A stretch of 64,000 nt of DNA. Source: Candidatus Latescibacterota bacterium. GTDB taxonomy: Bacteria > Latescibacterota > UBA2968. Below are positions 30,887 to 39,608 of this stretch, one piece after another. The stretch spans positions 4,064,001-4,128,000 of the forward strand of contig OZ241986.1 in the NCBI GenBank assembly GCA_965204375.1. Reading direction: 5' to 3'. The position numbers and the translations under genes are program-made. Positions within the stretch are counted from its first letter, which is position 1. Every line of letters starts with the position of its first letter. Below the pieces are notes generated by a model. It searched no databases. It was not told the origin of the DNA and worked only from the letters and a program-made list of their open reading frames with translations.

Positions 30887-32005
30887 TCAAGCCACCTGAC
30901 TTTGTAATCCCAAAGTCAATATGTTTAGCGCAGCATTGTGGTCTCTGTCAGTGGTATAGCCACACTTTTTGCAATGATGCACACGATCAGAGAGGGCTTT
31001 CTTCTGTCTATGTCCACAAGAAGAGCAATCTTGTGAGGTGTATTCAGGATCAACAGGCTTGAATCCAATACCAGCTTCTTCCGCTTTGTATTCGAGACAA
31101 TGCCGAAACAGGAACCACGCTGCGTCTGAGATGCTTTTTGACAAGCGACGATTCTTTTGCATCTTTTTCGCGTCTAACTTTTCTGTTGCAACAAAGCCAT
31201 ACTTATTGACGACTTTTCGAGCTTCTTGGTGGACAAAATTATGTCGTCTATTACGGATACGCTCATGCACTCTGGCAACAGTCTTACGTGCTTTCTCTCG
31301 TTTTTTTGGCGACGCTTTTTTTACTTTGTCCCACTTGCGCTGTGCTTTTGCAAGTGCCTTTTCCTCTTTACGAAAAAAGCGAGGATTAGCGATCTTTTCT
31401 CTATCAGAAAACATAGCAAAATTATCAAGTCCCACGTCAATGCCAACGGCGGGGCCAGCGTCTGTTTTTTCAGGCGCAGTGCCTATATCACAAGAGATAG
31501 TAACAAACCACTTGCCCGTCGCTGTGCGTCTGAGCGTGCAAGACTTAGGCATACCCTCAAGGGGTCTGTGCTGCACAATCCGAATACAGCCTATTTTGCC
31601 CAATCGCAAGCCCTTATCGTCCAATCGGCAACCATTGGAAAACTGAGGATAGGTGATAGAATCATAGCGATTCTGACCTTTGTATCTGGGAAAGCCAGCT
31701 TTCTCACCCGTCTTTGCCCGCTCTTTGACACGACGAAAGAACGCCTTGAATGCAAGATCAACCCGTACCGCGACCTGTTGCAACACCTGACTATACACTT
31801 GCGTAAATTCAGGTCGTTGTTTCTTCATCAATGGCATGGTTTTTATCTGGTCATAGCAGGACAAAGACTGATGCTTTTGCTGCCATGCTTGTACTCTCAC
31901 ACAAAGAAGCTGGTTATACAGCAAGCGACATTCTTCGCTATGCGCCGTCAGGATTTTCTCCTGTTTTTTCGTCGGGCGCAATCTGTATTTTACGGACTTA
32001 AACAT
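30887..32005 (-). CDS. tnpB: RNA-guided endonuclease TnpB
   Basis: N-terminal KYRLRPT; RuvC motifs GIDVG, ATEKL and DRDHNAALNI; Zn finger CSSC..CKKC. Confidence 0.93.
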   Translation of the reverse strand: MFKSVKYRLRPTKKQEKILTAHSEECRLLYNQLLCVRVQAWQQKHQSLSCYDQIKTMPLMKKQRPEFTQVYSQVLQQVAVRVDLAFKAFFRRVKERAKTGEKAGFPRYKGQNRYDSITYPQFSNGCRLDDKGLRLGKIGCIRIVQHRPLEGMPKSCTLRRTATGKWFVTISCDIGTAPEKTDAGPAVGIDVGLDNFAMFSDREKIANPRFFRKEEKALAKAQRKWDKVKKASPKKREKARKTVARVHERIRNRRHNFVHQEARKVVNKYGFVATEKLDAKKMQKNRRLSKSISDAAWFLFRHCLEYKAEEAGIGFKPVDPEYTSQDCSSCGHRQKKALSDRVHHCKKCGYTTDRDHNAALNILTLGLQSQVA

Positions 32006-32011
32006 AATAAA

Positions 32012-32040
32012 AATATACATTTATGAGTGTGTTTTGTCAA
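32012..32040 (-). promoter_or_regulatory. sigma70 promoter of tnpB, probably giving a leaderless mRNA
   Basis: TTGACA-N17-TATATT; ATG lies 7 nt past the -10. Confidence 0.7.
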
Positions 32041-32241
32041 CCCATTTTTCGTGGAACTATCGGACGAATCACAATGACTCACCGCCCACAATCCCTTGAT
32101 GATTGTGCCCCAACGCTAAAGCACTACCCCATAAGCATGTCCCTGCGAAAGCAGGGATTCGTAGAGCCACTTGCAAAACAACGCTCGCTAACTCGCGTCT
32201 GCTTCCCATCGCTAAAGCCGATGGGTTTTACGGGCTATCTG

Positions 32242-32300
32242 ATAAAATCCAGATAGGCCTGCACCCGCCAGCGGGAGATAAGTATTGTCAATATTTTCAC
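32242..32300 (-). pseudogene. ABC-2 permease, 5' fragment
   Basis: AGGAGG RBS, GTG start, MKILTILISRWRVQAYLDF-AT| then IS. Confidence 0.75.
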
Positions 32301-32372
32301 AATGTTTAAACCTCCTGGATCGCGGTTACACCATGCCTGCCCCTGTATGATTTAAGCAGGGGCCGCGATGAC

Positions 32373-32396
32373 GGGCGAGGCATGCCTCGCCCCTAC
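32373..32396 (-). repeat. GTAG-family REP-like palindrome
   Basis: minus strand GTAGGGGCGAGGCATGCCTCGCCC. Confidence 0.7.
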
Positions 32397-32403
32397 AGTT
32401 GTT

Positions 32404-32446
32404 CCCACTCCTCACTTCACACTTCACACTTCACACTTCTACACTT
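32404..32446. repeat. heptamer tandem repeat (CACACTT/CTCACTT)
   Basis: about 5 units abutting the TAG stop of hemY. Confidence 0.8.
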
Positions 32447-33818
32447 CCCCAAAAATCCGATCCACTGTATCCACCGCCTGCACAACACAATCGGGAATCG
32501 CCGACCCGCGATACGCACTCCCCGTCAAAAACAACCCATCCACCTGCGCGGCGAGACGATCCATTTCAGCCACGCGATCCAGATGCCCCACATCGAACTG
32601 GGGGCGCCCTCTTCTCCAGCGAAAAACGCGCGCAAACAGAGGATCAGCCGTCAACCCCATCAAATCTTCCAACTCCTCGCGCGACAGTGCAATCAGCGCC
32701 TCATCATCCAGATCCACCAGATCTTCCTGCCCTGTTCCCCCCACAAAAGTACGCACCAGAACCCCATCGTCTGGCGCGCGAAAATTCAGCTTTGTCGAAA
32801 CATAGGTACACGCCGTAATCCGCCGCCCCTCGTGTTTCGGCGACAAAAATCCAAACCCCTCAAAATCGTGTTGACCCTCAACATCTCTCTTCCGATACGC
32901 CAGCGAAACCGTCGCCGTTGAAACATAGCGAATATCGCGCAACAAAAGACTCAAATCAGGCGCAAAATCCGCCACCAGATCAGCACTCACATAAGCCGGC
33001 GTCGCCATCACCACGGCATCTGTCCCGATCACCTCATCGCCAGCGACAACCTCAAATCCACCATCCACCTTTCGCACAGCCCCAACAGCAACCCCCAGAC
33101 GCAAATCCCCATTTAGGCGCGCGACCAGAGCATCGACCAACTCACCCATCCCGCCAATTGGCGTTTGAAACATCGCAGCCCCCGTAGAAGCGCGCGTCTT
33201 CCTCATCGCCCGCACCCCCTTAATCAAACTCCCATAACGCTGCTCCATCGCCACATACATCGGAAACGCACACCGCATACTCAAACGCTCTGCATCTGCA
33301 CTGTGGATACCAGCCAGCATTGCCCCGCCAATACTCACAGCCTCCCTGCCCAAACGCCGCCGAATAAAACTCGCCAGACTCTCATCGCCCTCGTCTCTCC
33401 GCCGCGGAACAAACACCTCCAGCCCCATCCTCACCTTTCCGAAAAACGAATACAAAGGTGACGTCACCAGAGACCAAAATCTCGCGGGCACCAGAGAAAA
33501 ATCCTCCGGAAAAGCCACCAGTTCCCCATCCCGCACCAGAAATGTCCGCTGCCGATCATTATTCGTCGAAATCAACCGATCCGCCAACCCCAGATCCTTA
33601 CACAACTGAATACCCGCGGGCTTTTGCGTCAGCAGCAAATCCGGACCGCCCTCAATCAAAAAACCATCCACCGACTCCGTCGCGATCATTCCCCCCCACC
33701 GGTCACTGCGCTCCAGCAAGGAATACTGGACATCCCGCCCCTGTTCTCGTGCTCTTTTTTCCAAATAAAAAGCGGTCGCAAGACCCGCTATGCCACCGCC
33801 AATAATAGTTATATGCAT
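32439..33818 (-). CDS. hemY: HemY-type (copro/proto)porphyrinogen oxidase
   Basis: IIGGGIAGL FAD motif, EGGPD, FIRRRLG, YRG.AIPDCV. Confidence 0.9.
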   Translation of the reverse strand: MHITIIGGGIAGLATAFYLEKRAREQGRDVQYSLLERSDRWGGMIATESVDGFLIEGGPDLLLTQKPAGIQLCKDLGLADRLISTNNDRQRTFLVRDGELVAFPEDFSLVPARFWSLVTSPLYSFFGKVRMGLEVFVPRRRDEGDESLASFIRRRLGREAVSIGGAMLAGIHSADAERLSMRCAFPMYVAMEQRYGSLIKGVRAMRKTRASTGAAMFQTPIGGMGELVDALVARLNGDLRLGVAVGAVRKVDGGFEVVAGDEVIGTDAVVMATPAYVSADLVADFAPDLSLLLRDIRYVSTATVSLAYRKRDVEGQHDFEGFGFLSPKHEGRRITACTYVSTKLNFRAPDDGVLVRTFVGGTGQEDLVDLDDEALIALSREELEDLMGLTADPLFARVFRWRRGRPQFDVGHLDRVAEMDRLAAQVDGLFLTGSAYRGSAIPDCVVQAVDTVDRIFGEV

Positions 33819-33832
33819 ATCGCTATCACCCC

Positions 33833-34765
33833 TCAAATCACCTCTTCCACCGCATCTGCAACCGCCTCGATAAACACGGAATCGCTATTCATCATCTCCG
33901 TGCGTTCGAGGCGAATCCCGCGTTGTTGTGCAATCTCCTGGCAACCGATATCAATATCGTAAAGCACCTCGACGTGATCGCACACAAAACCAATAGGCGC
34001 AACCAGAACATCGCGGTAATTCCCATCGGCCAGTGCCGGAATCACATCTTCAATCTGCGGACCCAACCATGGCTCGCCCGTATGTGCGGCACTCTGATAT
34101 GAAAACATCCAATCCACCGGACCCAATCGATCCACAATCGCCTGTGCATTGCGCTTTAATTCATCGTCATAGGGATCGCCCATCTTCAGCAACCGGGCCG
34201 GCAAACTATGCGCCGAAAAAACCACCTTTGCCTTCCGCCTCGCATCCTCCGGAAACCTCTCCAACCCCGCCCGTACCTTTGCCGCCTGCGCCTCAATCAA
34301 CCGGGGCTGATCCCACCACGAATTGACATAGACAAAATCAATAGCACTCCCCACCTCTTTTTGCGCATCCTCAACCTTCTGCTGATAAAGTCCAATACTC
34401 ATCCGCGAATAATGCGGCGCCATCACAATGCCCACAGCCTTTTCAACACCATCCCCTTGCATCTTCGCCACCGCCTCAACAATCCGCGGCTTCCAGTGAC
34501 GCATCCCCGTATATGCCTTCACATCCCGCCCGCGCTTCTTCAACACCGCCTCAACATGCCCTGCCTGCTCAAACGTGCGTTCATTCAGCGGCGACCTGCC
34601 ACCGATCTGCGCGTAGCGACTGCGAAACTCCGCAACAAATTCTGGCGACATCGGCCTACCACCCCGAATATCGCTCAAATAAGCCGCCATATCATCCAGC
34701 GAATCGGGGCTGCCATAAGCCATCAAAAGCACACCGATTGTCTTCTCATCGCGCCGTATATTCAT
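33833..34765 (-). CDS. hemH: ferrochelatase, Bacillus (CpfC-like) type
   Basis: LMAYGSP, IGGRSPL, FSAHSLP, PWLGP, GFVCDHVEVLYDID. Confidence 0.93.
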   Translation of the reverse strand: MNIRRDEKTIGVLLMAYGSPDSLDDMAAYLSDIRGGRPMSPEFVAEFRSRYAQIGGRSPLNERTFEQAGHVEAVLKKRGRDVKAYTGMRHWKPRIVEAVAKMQGDGVEKAVGIVMAPHYSRMSIGLYQQKVEDAQKEVGSAIDFVYVNSWWDQPRLIEAQAAKVRAGLERFPEDARRKAKVVFSAHSLPARLLKMGDPYDDELKRNAQAIVDRLGPVDWMFSYQSAAHTGEPWLGPQIEDVIPALADGNYRDVLVAPIGFVCDHVEVLYDIDIGCQEIAQQRGIRLERTEMMNSDSVFIEAVADAVEEVI

Positions 34766-35786
34766 GCACAAAATCAACCAATCTCCGCACATTCTCCACA
34801 GGTGTGCGCTGTAAAATCCCATGACCCAGATTAAAAATATGCCCCGGCTTTCCCCTCACCGAATCCAATATCCGCCTCGTCTGCCGCTCAATCTCCTCAA
34901 AAGGCGCGAACAACACAACGGGATCCAGATTGCCCTGCACACCCACATCATCGCCCAAACGGCGCCACGCCACATCTATATCAATGCGCCAATCAACGCC
35001 AATAACATCGCCCCCCGCCTCCTTCAACAACTCGAGAATACCCGCCGTACCCGTACCAAAGTGAATAAGCGGCACATCCATCTCTTCTTTCGCAATCGCA
35101 ATCGCCTTTTGCGAATGCGGCAACACGTACTCGCGATAATCTGCCGAACTCAACGCACCGACCCAGCTATCAAACACCTGCAACACCCGGGCACCCGCCC
35201 TGACCTGGGCGATGAGATAATCGCCAATCGCCGTCGCCATCATATCCATCAAACGATGCCATTGCGCTGGCTCGCCGTACATCAACCCCTTGGCAATCTC
35301 GTAATTGCGCGACGAACCGCCCTCCACCGCATAACAAACCAGCGTAAAAGGCGCACCTGCAAAACCGATCAGCGGAACGCGACCATCGAGTTCTGCAACA
35401 GCCATCCGAATGGCATCACCCGCATAAGGCATCGCCTCTTCGGCGGGTCTCATGGTCAACGCATCGATATCTGCCACCGTGCGAATCGGATTGTGAATAA
35501 CCGGACCCTCGCCCGTTACATAGTCCAGATCCAAACCCATCGACTCCAGAATCGGCAGCAAATCCTGAAAAATAATCGCAGCATCCACATCATAAGCATT
35601 CACAGGTTGCATCGTAATCGCCGTAGAGATCTCGGGCGTCTTCACCATATCGAGAAAACGGTAGCGATCGCGATACGTCCAGTACTCCTTCATATACCGC
35701 CCGGCCTGACGCATAAACCAGACAGGCGTCGCATCCACACACTCGCGGCGACACGCCTTTAAAAAACGATCTGAACCATCACCCAT
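34746..35786 (-). CDS. hemE: uroporphyrinogen decarboxylase
   Basis: PVWFMRQAGRY, IGFAGAPFTL, QVFDSW, HIFNLGHGI. Confidence 0.97.
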   Translation of the reverse strand: MGDGSDRFLKACRRECVDATPVWFMRQAGRYMKEYWTYRDRYRFLDMVKTPEISTAITMQPVNAYDVDAAIIFQDLLPILESMGLDLDYVTGEGPVIHNPIRTVADIDALTMRPAEEAMPYAGDAIRMAVAELDGRVPLIGFAGAPFTLVCYAVEGGSSRNYEIAKGLMYGEPAQWHRLMDMMATAIGDYLIAQVRAGARVLQVFDSWVGALSSADYREYVLPHSQKAIAIAKEEMDVPLIHFGTGTAGILELLKEAGGDVIGVDWRIDIDVAWRRLGDDVGVQGNLDPVVLFAPFEEIERQTRRILDSVRGKPGHIFNLGHGILQRTPVENVRRLVDFVHEYTAR

Positions 35787-36024
35787 CGTCCATTCCCTCC
35801 AGCACCCGCATCAAATCTTCCAGCGATACAATTTCTTCGCCAGTTCTGAGAGCCTCTGGCGCGGCATCTTCCCCAGAAGTACCAAACACAAACCACTCAA
35901 ACTCGCGCAAAAACTTCAGACAATGCCACTCACCTGTGCGCGCGTAATCTTCGCTACACAACTCCCGCGGAATCGGGCACCCGTCGTATAAACCTCGGGG
36001 ACATGGTCTGCGTTTTTTACCCAT
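35779..36024 (-). CDS. small Cys-rich hypothetical protein (two CP motifs)
   Basis: fills the glnA-hemE gap; GAGG RBS; stop overlaps the hemE start. Confidence 0.6.
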   Translation of the reverse strand: MGKKRRPCPRGLYDGCPIPRELCSEDYARTGEWHCLKFLREFEWFVFGTSGEDAAPEALRTGEEIVSLEDLMRVLEGMDDG

Positions 36025-36033
36025 CCCTGTACC

Positions 36034-37368
36034 TCACAAAATTTTAAGATGTTGATCCAATTCATAACCCGTCACCTGCGCCCTATAATTGGCCCACTCG
36101 ATCTTCTTATTCGCAATAAACTTCTCAAAAATATGATCGCCCAGGGCATTGCGAAGCAAATCGCTACGCTCGGCCAGATCAATAGCCTGCGACAGATCCA
36201 GAGGCAAAGTCTTAATACCCGCACGCTCCCGTTCCACACGGGACATCTCAGCCACATTTTTTTCCATAGGCGGCGGCACCTCATACTGTTTTTCAACGCC
36301 CTCCAATCCCGCAGATAGCATAATAGCGAATGCCAGATAGGGATTGCAAGCCGGATCGGGCGACCGGTATTCGATGCGCGTCGTACTCTCCTTATCCAGA
36401 GAATAGGCCGGCACGCGCACCAGATCCGATCGATTGACCACCGACCACGTCGTGTACAAAGGCGCCTCGTAACCCGGCACCAACCGCTTATACGAATTGA
36501 CCCACTGATTCGTCACCAGCGTAATCTCACAGGCATGTTTGAGCAAACCCGCGATAAAATACCGCGCCGTATCCGACAGATGGTATTCATCTTCAGCATC
36601 GTAAAACGCATTATTCTCCCCCTTAAACAGCGACATATTCGTATGCATACCATTGCCATTGACACCAAAAAGGGGCTTGGGCATAAACGTCGCCCAAACG
36701 CCGTGTTTCACGGCAATCTCCTTCACCACCAAACGATAAGTCATCGCATTATCCGCCATCGTCAGCGCATCGGTATAAAGCAAATCGATCTCGTGCTGGC
36801 TCGGCGCATCCTCGTGATGGCTGGACGCCACCTCAATCCCCATCTTCTCCAGCGTCAACACCGTATCCCGGCGCAAATCACTCGCCACATCCAGAGACGT
36901 CTGATCAAAATACCCCCCCTCATCCAAACCCGTGAGAGGAACCTCGGGTTTCTCAAAATAGAAAAACTCCATCTCTGGACTCACGTAAAACGCAAAACCC
37001 ATATCGCCTGCGCGTCTCAAATTCTTTTTCAGCACCCAGCGCGGATCTCCCCGATATGGGTTCCCCCCCGGCTGGAGAATATCGCAAAACATACGCGCAA
37101 CCGTACCGCCTTCTTGCGGGCGAAAAGGCAGCACCTGAAAAGTATTGGGATCGGGCATAGCGATCATATCGCTCTCGTCAATGCGTGCAAAACCCTCTAC
37201 GGACGACCCATCAAAACCGATCCCCTCGGTCAAAGCACCATCGAGTTGCTCAACGGGAATTGCGACACTCTTTAGAAAACCCAAAATATCCGTAAACCAG
37301 AGCCTGATAAATTTGACCCCGTGTTCTGACGCGGCATTCAGCACGTATTCGCGGCTTCCTTCATTCAT
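36034..37368 (-). CDS. glnA: glutamine synthetase type I family
   Basis: FDGSSVEGF, HHEDAPSQHEI, FMPKP..NGNGMH, NSYKRLVPGYEAP, RIEYRSPD. Confidence 0.93.
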   Translation of the reverse strand: MNEGSREYVLNAASEHGVKFIRLWFTDILGFLKSVAIPVEQLDGALTEGIGFDGSSVEGFARIDESDMIAMPDPNTFQVLPFRPQEGGTVARMFCDILQPGGNPYRGDPRWVLKKNLRRAGDMGFAFYVSPEMEFFYFEKPEVPLTGLDEGGYFDQTSLDVASDLRRDTVLTLEKMGIEVASSHHEDAPSQHEIDLLYTDALTMADNAMTYRLVVKEIAVKHGVWATFMPKPLFGVNGNGMHTNMSLFKGENNAFYDAEDEYHLSDTARYFIAGLLKHACEITLVTNQWVNSYKRLVPGYEAPLYTTWSVVNRSDLVRVPAYSLDKESTTRIEYRSPDPACNPYLAFAIMLSAGLEGVEKQYEVPPPMEKNVAEMSRVERERAGIKTLPLDLSQAIDLAERSDLLRNALGDHIFEKFIANKKIEWANYRAQVTGYELDQHLKIL

Positions 37369-37575
37369 AGTTCTATCCCGTATTTTAACCTGTGAAACAA
37401 CGCGGAAATAACAGTCAAACGTACGCTTATTACATTTCCAGCAGGTTTCATAAGTGTTTCGCCAATATTAAAAGCAATGGAATTTATGCATAGAAAATTG
37501 ATTTGCTGATCAAAATATTCTTCACTATCTTCTCTGCGCCTATTCCTTACCATCCATTCCAAGAGGGAGGACCGT

Positions 37576-39402
37576 ATGAAAACTCGAACATCATTCACGA
37601 TTCCCATTGTCGGCCTGCTCCTGCTGGCCGGTGCCTTTTCCAATGCGCCTCCCGCCCTGGCAGATTGTCCACTCCCTCCCGGCGTGTCGCCTCCTGCGGC
37701 CCCGGCTGTGACGGCACAACAGGTGGAAGACGGCAGCGCTACCCTGCAGGAATTCGCGCTGGTGACGAGAGATCAATTCAAGCAGGGACAAGCGACTCCG
37801 GAAGAATCGTTTTACTTTGGATGTCTCATCAGGCAAGACGGGAGCTATTGGCATTCCGGTTCCACCTACATCGTGTCACTGCTGGCCGACGGCAGGATAT
37901 TCGTTCACGCAAAGGATATGGCATTGTCGGGCAGGTTGCTCAACCCGGTGATCTATGGAACGATCCTTTCTGCGTTGGGAGTATCCTTAACCGATCTGGC
38001 CAACCTGGCTTCTCCCGATCCTGCTGTCGCCGCCCAGGCTTTTGGCGCCGTCTTTAACACATTGTTGCAAGAACCGGATGCCCCATTCGATGCGACCACC
38101 CCTATTCCGGGTCTAAGTCCGGGGATACCAGGTGCCTCCGGCTATGCCACCGTACATCTCTCGGGCAATTTCGGGGTCCCGATCATAATGCTCGTCGGGT
38201 TCGATCTCAATGAATCTCACGTGGTTGAGGAAGAAATCGATTACGGCGACCCGGCCGTTACCGCCGAGGACGTGGTAGATCGAGAAACTCTGAAGGCATT
38301 CGTCACGCAAGCAGGGGAATTCATGCTCGAACTCCAGAAGAGCGGCGACCTGGCCGCTTCCTCGAAACTCAGAATCGCCTTGCGGGATCCGAACGGACCC
38401 TATAGACACGGTAACGTGTACCTCTACGTCCTGGATCTTACCAGCAACATAGTCCTATTGCACGCCGCGTTTCCAAACCGATTCGAGCTTCGGCCTCTGG
38501 TAGGGATTGCCCGAGACGGCGTTACCGGAGAACTCATACTACCGCAGGTCATCGAAGCGGCGAAAAGTGATCCGGAAGGCGGCTTCGTGGAGTATTTCTA
38601 CGACGATCCCACCGACGACACAGACAGGGCCGATATCCCCAAGGTGGGATACGCACGCCAGTTCACCGGTGAACTCAGTTTAAGCGGACGCATGGTCCCA
38701 TACAACTTCATCATTGGGTCGGGTTTTTATGGGCGCGCACCCGATGTTATCCCGGACGGTCCCCTTACACAAGTGGAGGCCACGGTCTCAGGCGACGCCG
38801 TCGAAGGATTGACCGTCGCGTTTGCTCAATCCATCGCCGGCCAGCCTGCCGACTACGCCCATAACGCTGTCACAGATGCCAATGGCTATTTGTCCCTCAC
38901 CATCTCCAACCCAGATGGCGTGAGTGGTTACTATACAGCCCGCGCCAGCAACGCCGATGGCGAAATCGTCGGCCAGTGGCACTCCATTCCCCTCAATCAC
39001 AATCAGCGCCAGATATTAGAACTGACGCTGGGCGGCGGTATGAAGATCGTACGCGTCGAACCACTCGCCGCAGCCAAGCCAGTGGTCACAGCCGAGACAG
39101 AGACCGTATCCGAGACAGTACCGGAAGTTAGTGGTCTGGCACCCAACTTTCCCAACCCGTTCAACAGCGCCACCCTGATAACCTACCATCTATCCACCCC
39201 CGGCCCGGTGCAGTTGGTGATCTACAATGTGCTGGGTCAGCCCGTACGCACATTGGTGGATCAGTCCCAGGCCGCTGGCACCTACCAGATTCGGTGGGAT
39301 GTCCTCGACCAGCGGGGCGTCTCGCTATCGACGGGGATCTATATCGCACGTTTGAGCTATCCCGGCGGGGTGCAGACGCAACGGCTGCTCTACCTCAAGT
39401 AG
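37576..39402 (+). CDS. secreted Cache-domain protein with FlgD/T9SS-like C-terminal domain (copy 1)
   Basis: signal peptide ALA|DC; sCache-like LKAFV..YLYVLD..LH..GGFVEYFY..KVGYA..IIGSGFY; NFPNPFN..IYNVLGQ..STGIY..LYLK tail. Confidence 0.75.
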   Translation: MKTRTSFTIPIVGLLLLAGAFSNAPPALADCPLPPGVSPPAAPAVTAQQVEDGSATLQEFALVTRDQFKQGQATPEESFYFGCLIRQDGSYWHSGSTYIVSLLADGRIFVHAKDMALSGRLLNPVIYGTILSALGVSLTDLANLASPDPAVAAQAFGAVFNTLLQEPDAPFDATTPIPGLSPGIPGASGYATVHLSGNFGVPIIMLVGFDLNESHVVEEEIDYGDPAVTAEDVVDRETLKAFVTQAGEFMLELQKSGDLAASSKLRIALRDPNGPYRHGNVYLYVLDLTSNIVLLHAAFPNRFELRPLVGIARDGVTGELILPQVIEAAKSDPEGGFVEYFYDDPTDDTDRADIPKVGYARQFTGELSLSGRMVPYNFIIGSGFYGRAPDVIPDGPLTQVEATVSGDAVEGLTVAFAQSIAGQPADYAHNAVTDANGYLSLTISNPDGVSGYYTARASNADGEIVGQWHSIPLNHNQRQILELTLGGGMKIVRVEPLAAAKPVVTAETETVSETVPEVSGLAPNFPNPFNSATLITYHLSTPGPVQLVIYNVLGQPVRTLVDQSQAAGTYQIRWDVLDQRGVSLSTGIYIARLSYPGGVQTQRLLYLK

Positions 39403-39420
39403 CACCGATTTCTCATAGCT

Positions 39421-39462
39421 AAAAAAAAGGCCCCTGACTGAAAATTCAGGGGCCTTTTTTTT
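39421..39462 (+). terminator. terminator
   Basis: AAAAAAAAGGCCCCTGA..TCAGGGGCCTTTTTTT. Confidence 0.85.
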
Positions 39463-39608
39463 ACGCCGATATTCCGTTTGCGTGCTGTCAAGCGCAAAAA
39501 AGCAATGGAATTTATGCATAGAAAATTGATTTGCTGATCAAAATATTCTTCATTATCTTCTCTGCACTTATTCCTTACCACCCATTCCTTAAAGGGAGGA
39601 CCATCGCG

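Larger units (their letters stand above)
30846..32241 (-). mobile_element. IS200/IS605-family, tnpB-only (IS1341-like) element, 1396 bp
   Basis: left-end hairpin CCCATCGGCTTTAGCGATGGG; right-end hairpin CCCAACTGCTTTAGCGTTGGG ending TCAC; inserted 3' of TTTAT without target duplication. Confidence 0.9.

Noticed and set aside
32040-32241. IStron (group I intron) at the IS left end
   Set aside because: too short and no recognisable catalytic core; the host gene is also truncated
31038-32256. plus-strand ORFs across the IS as a possible tnpA
   Set aside because: antisense to tnpB; no HUH/Y1 motif
37370-37470. sigma54 or GlnR site upstream of glnA
   Set aside because: TTGGCG is not followed by a correctly spaced TTGC; no clear palindrome seen
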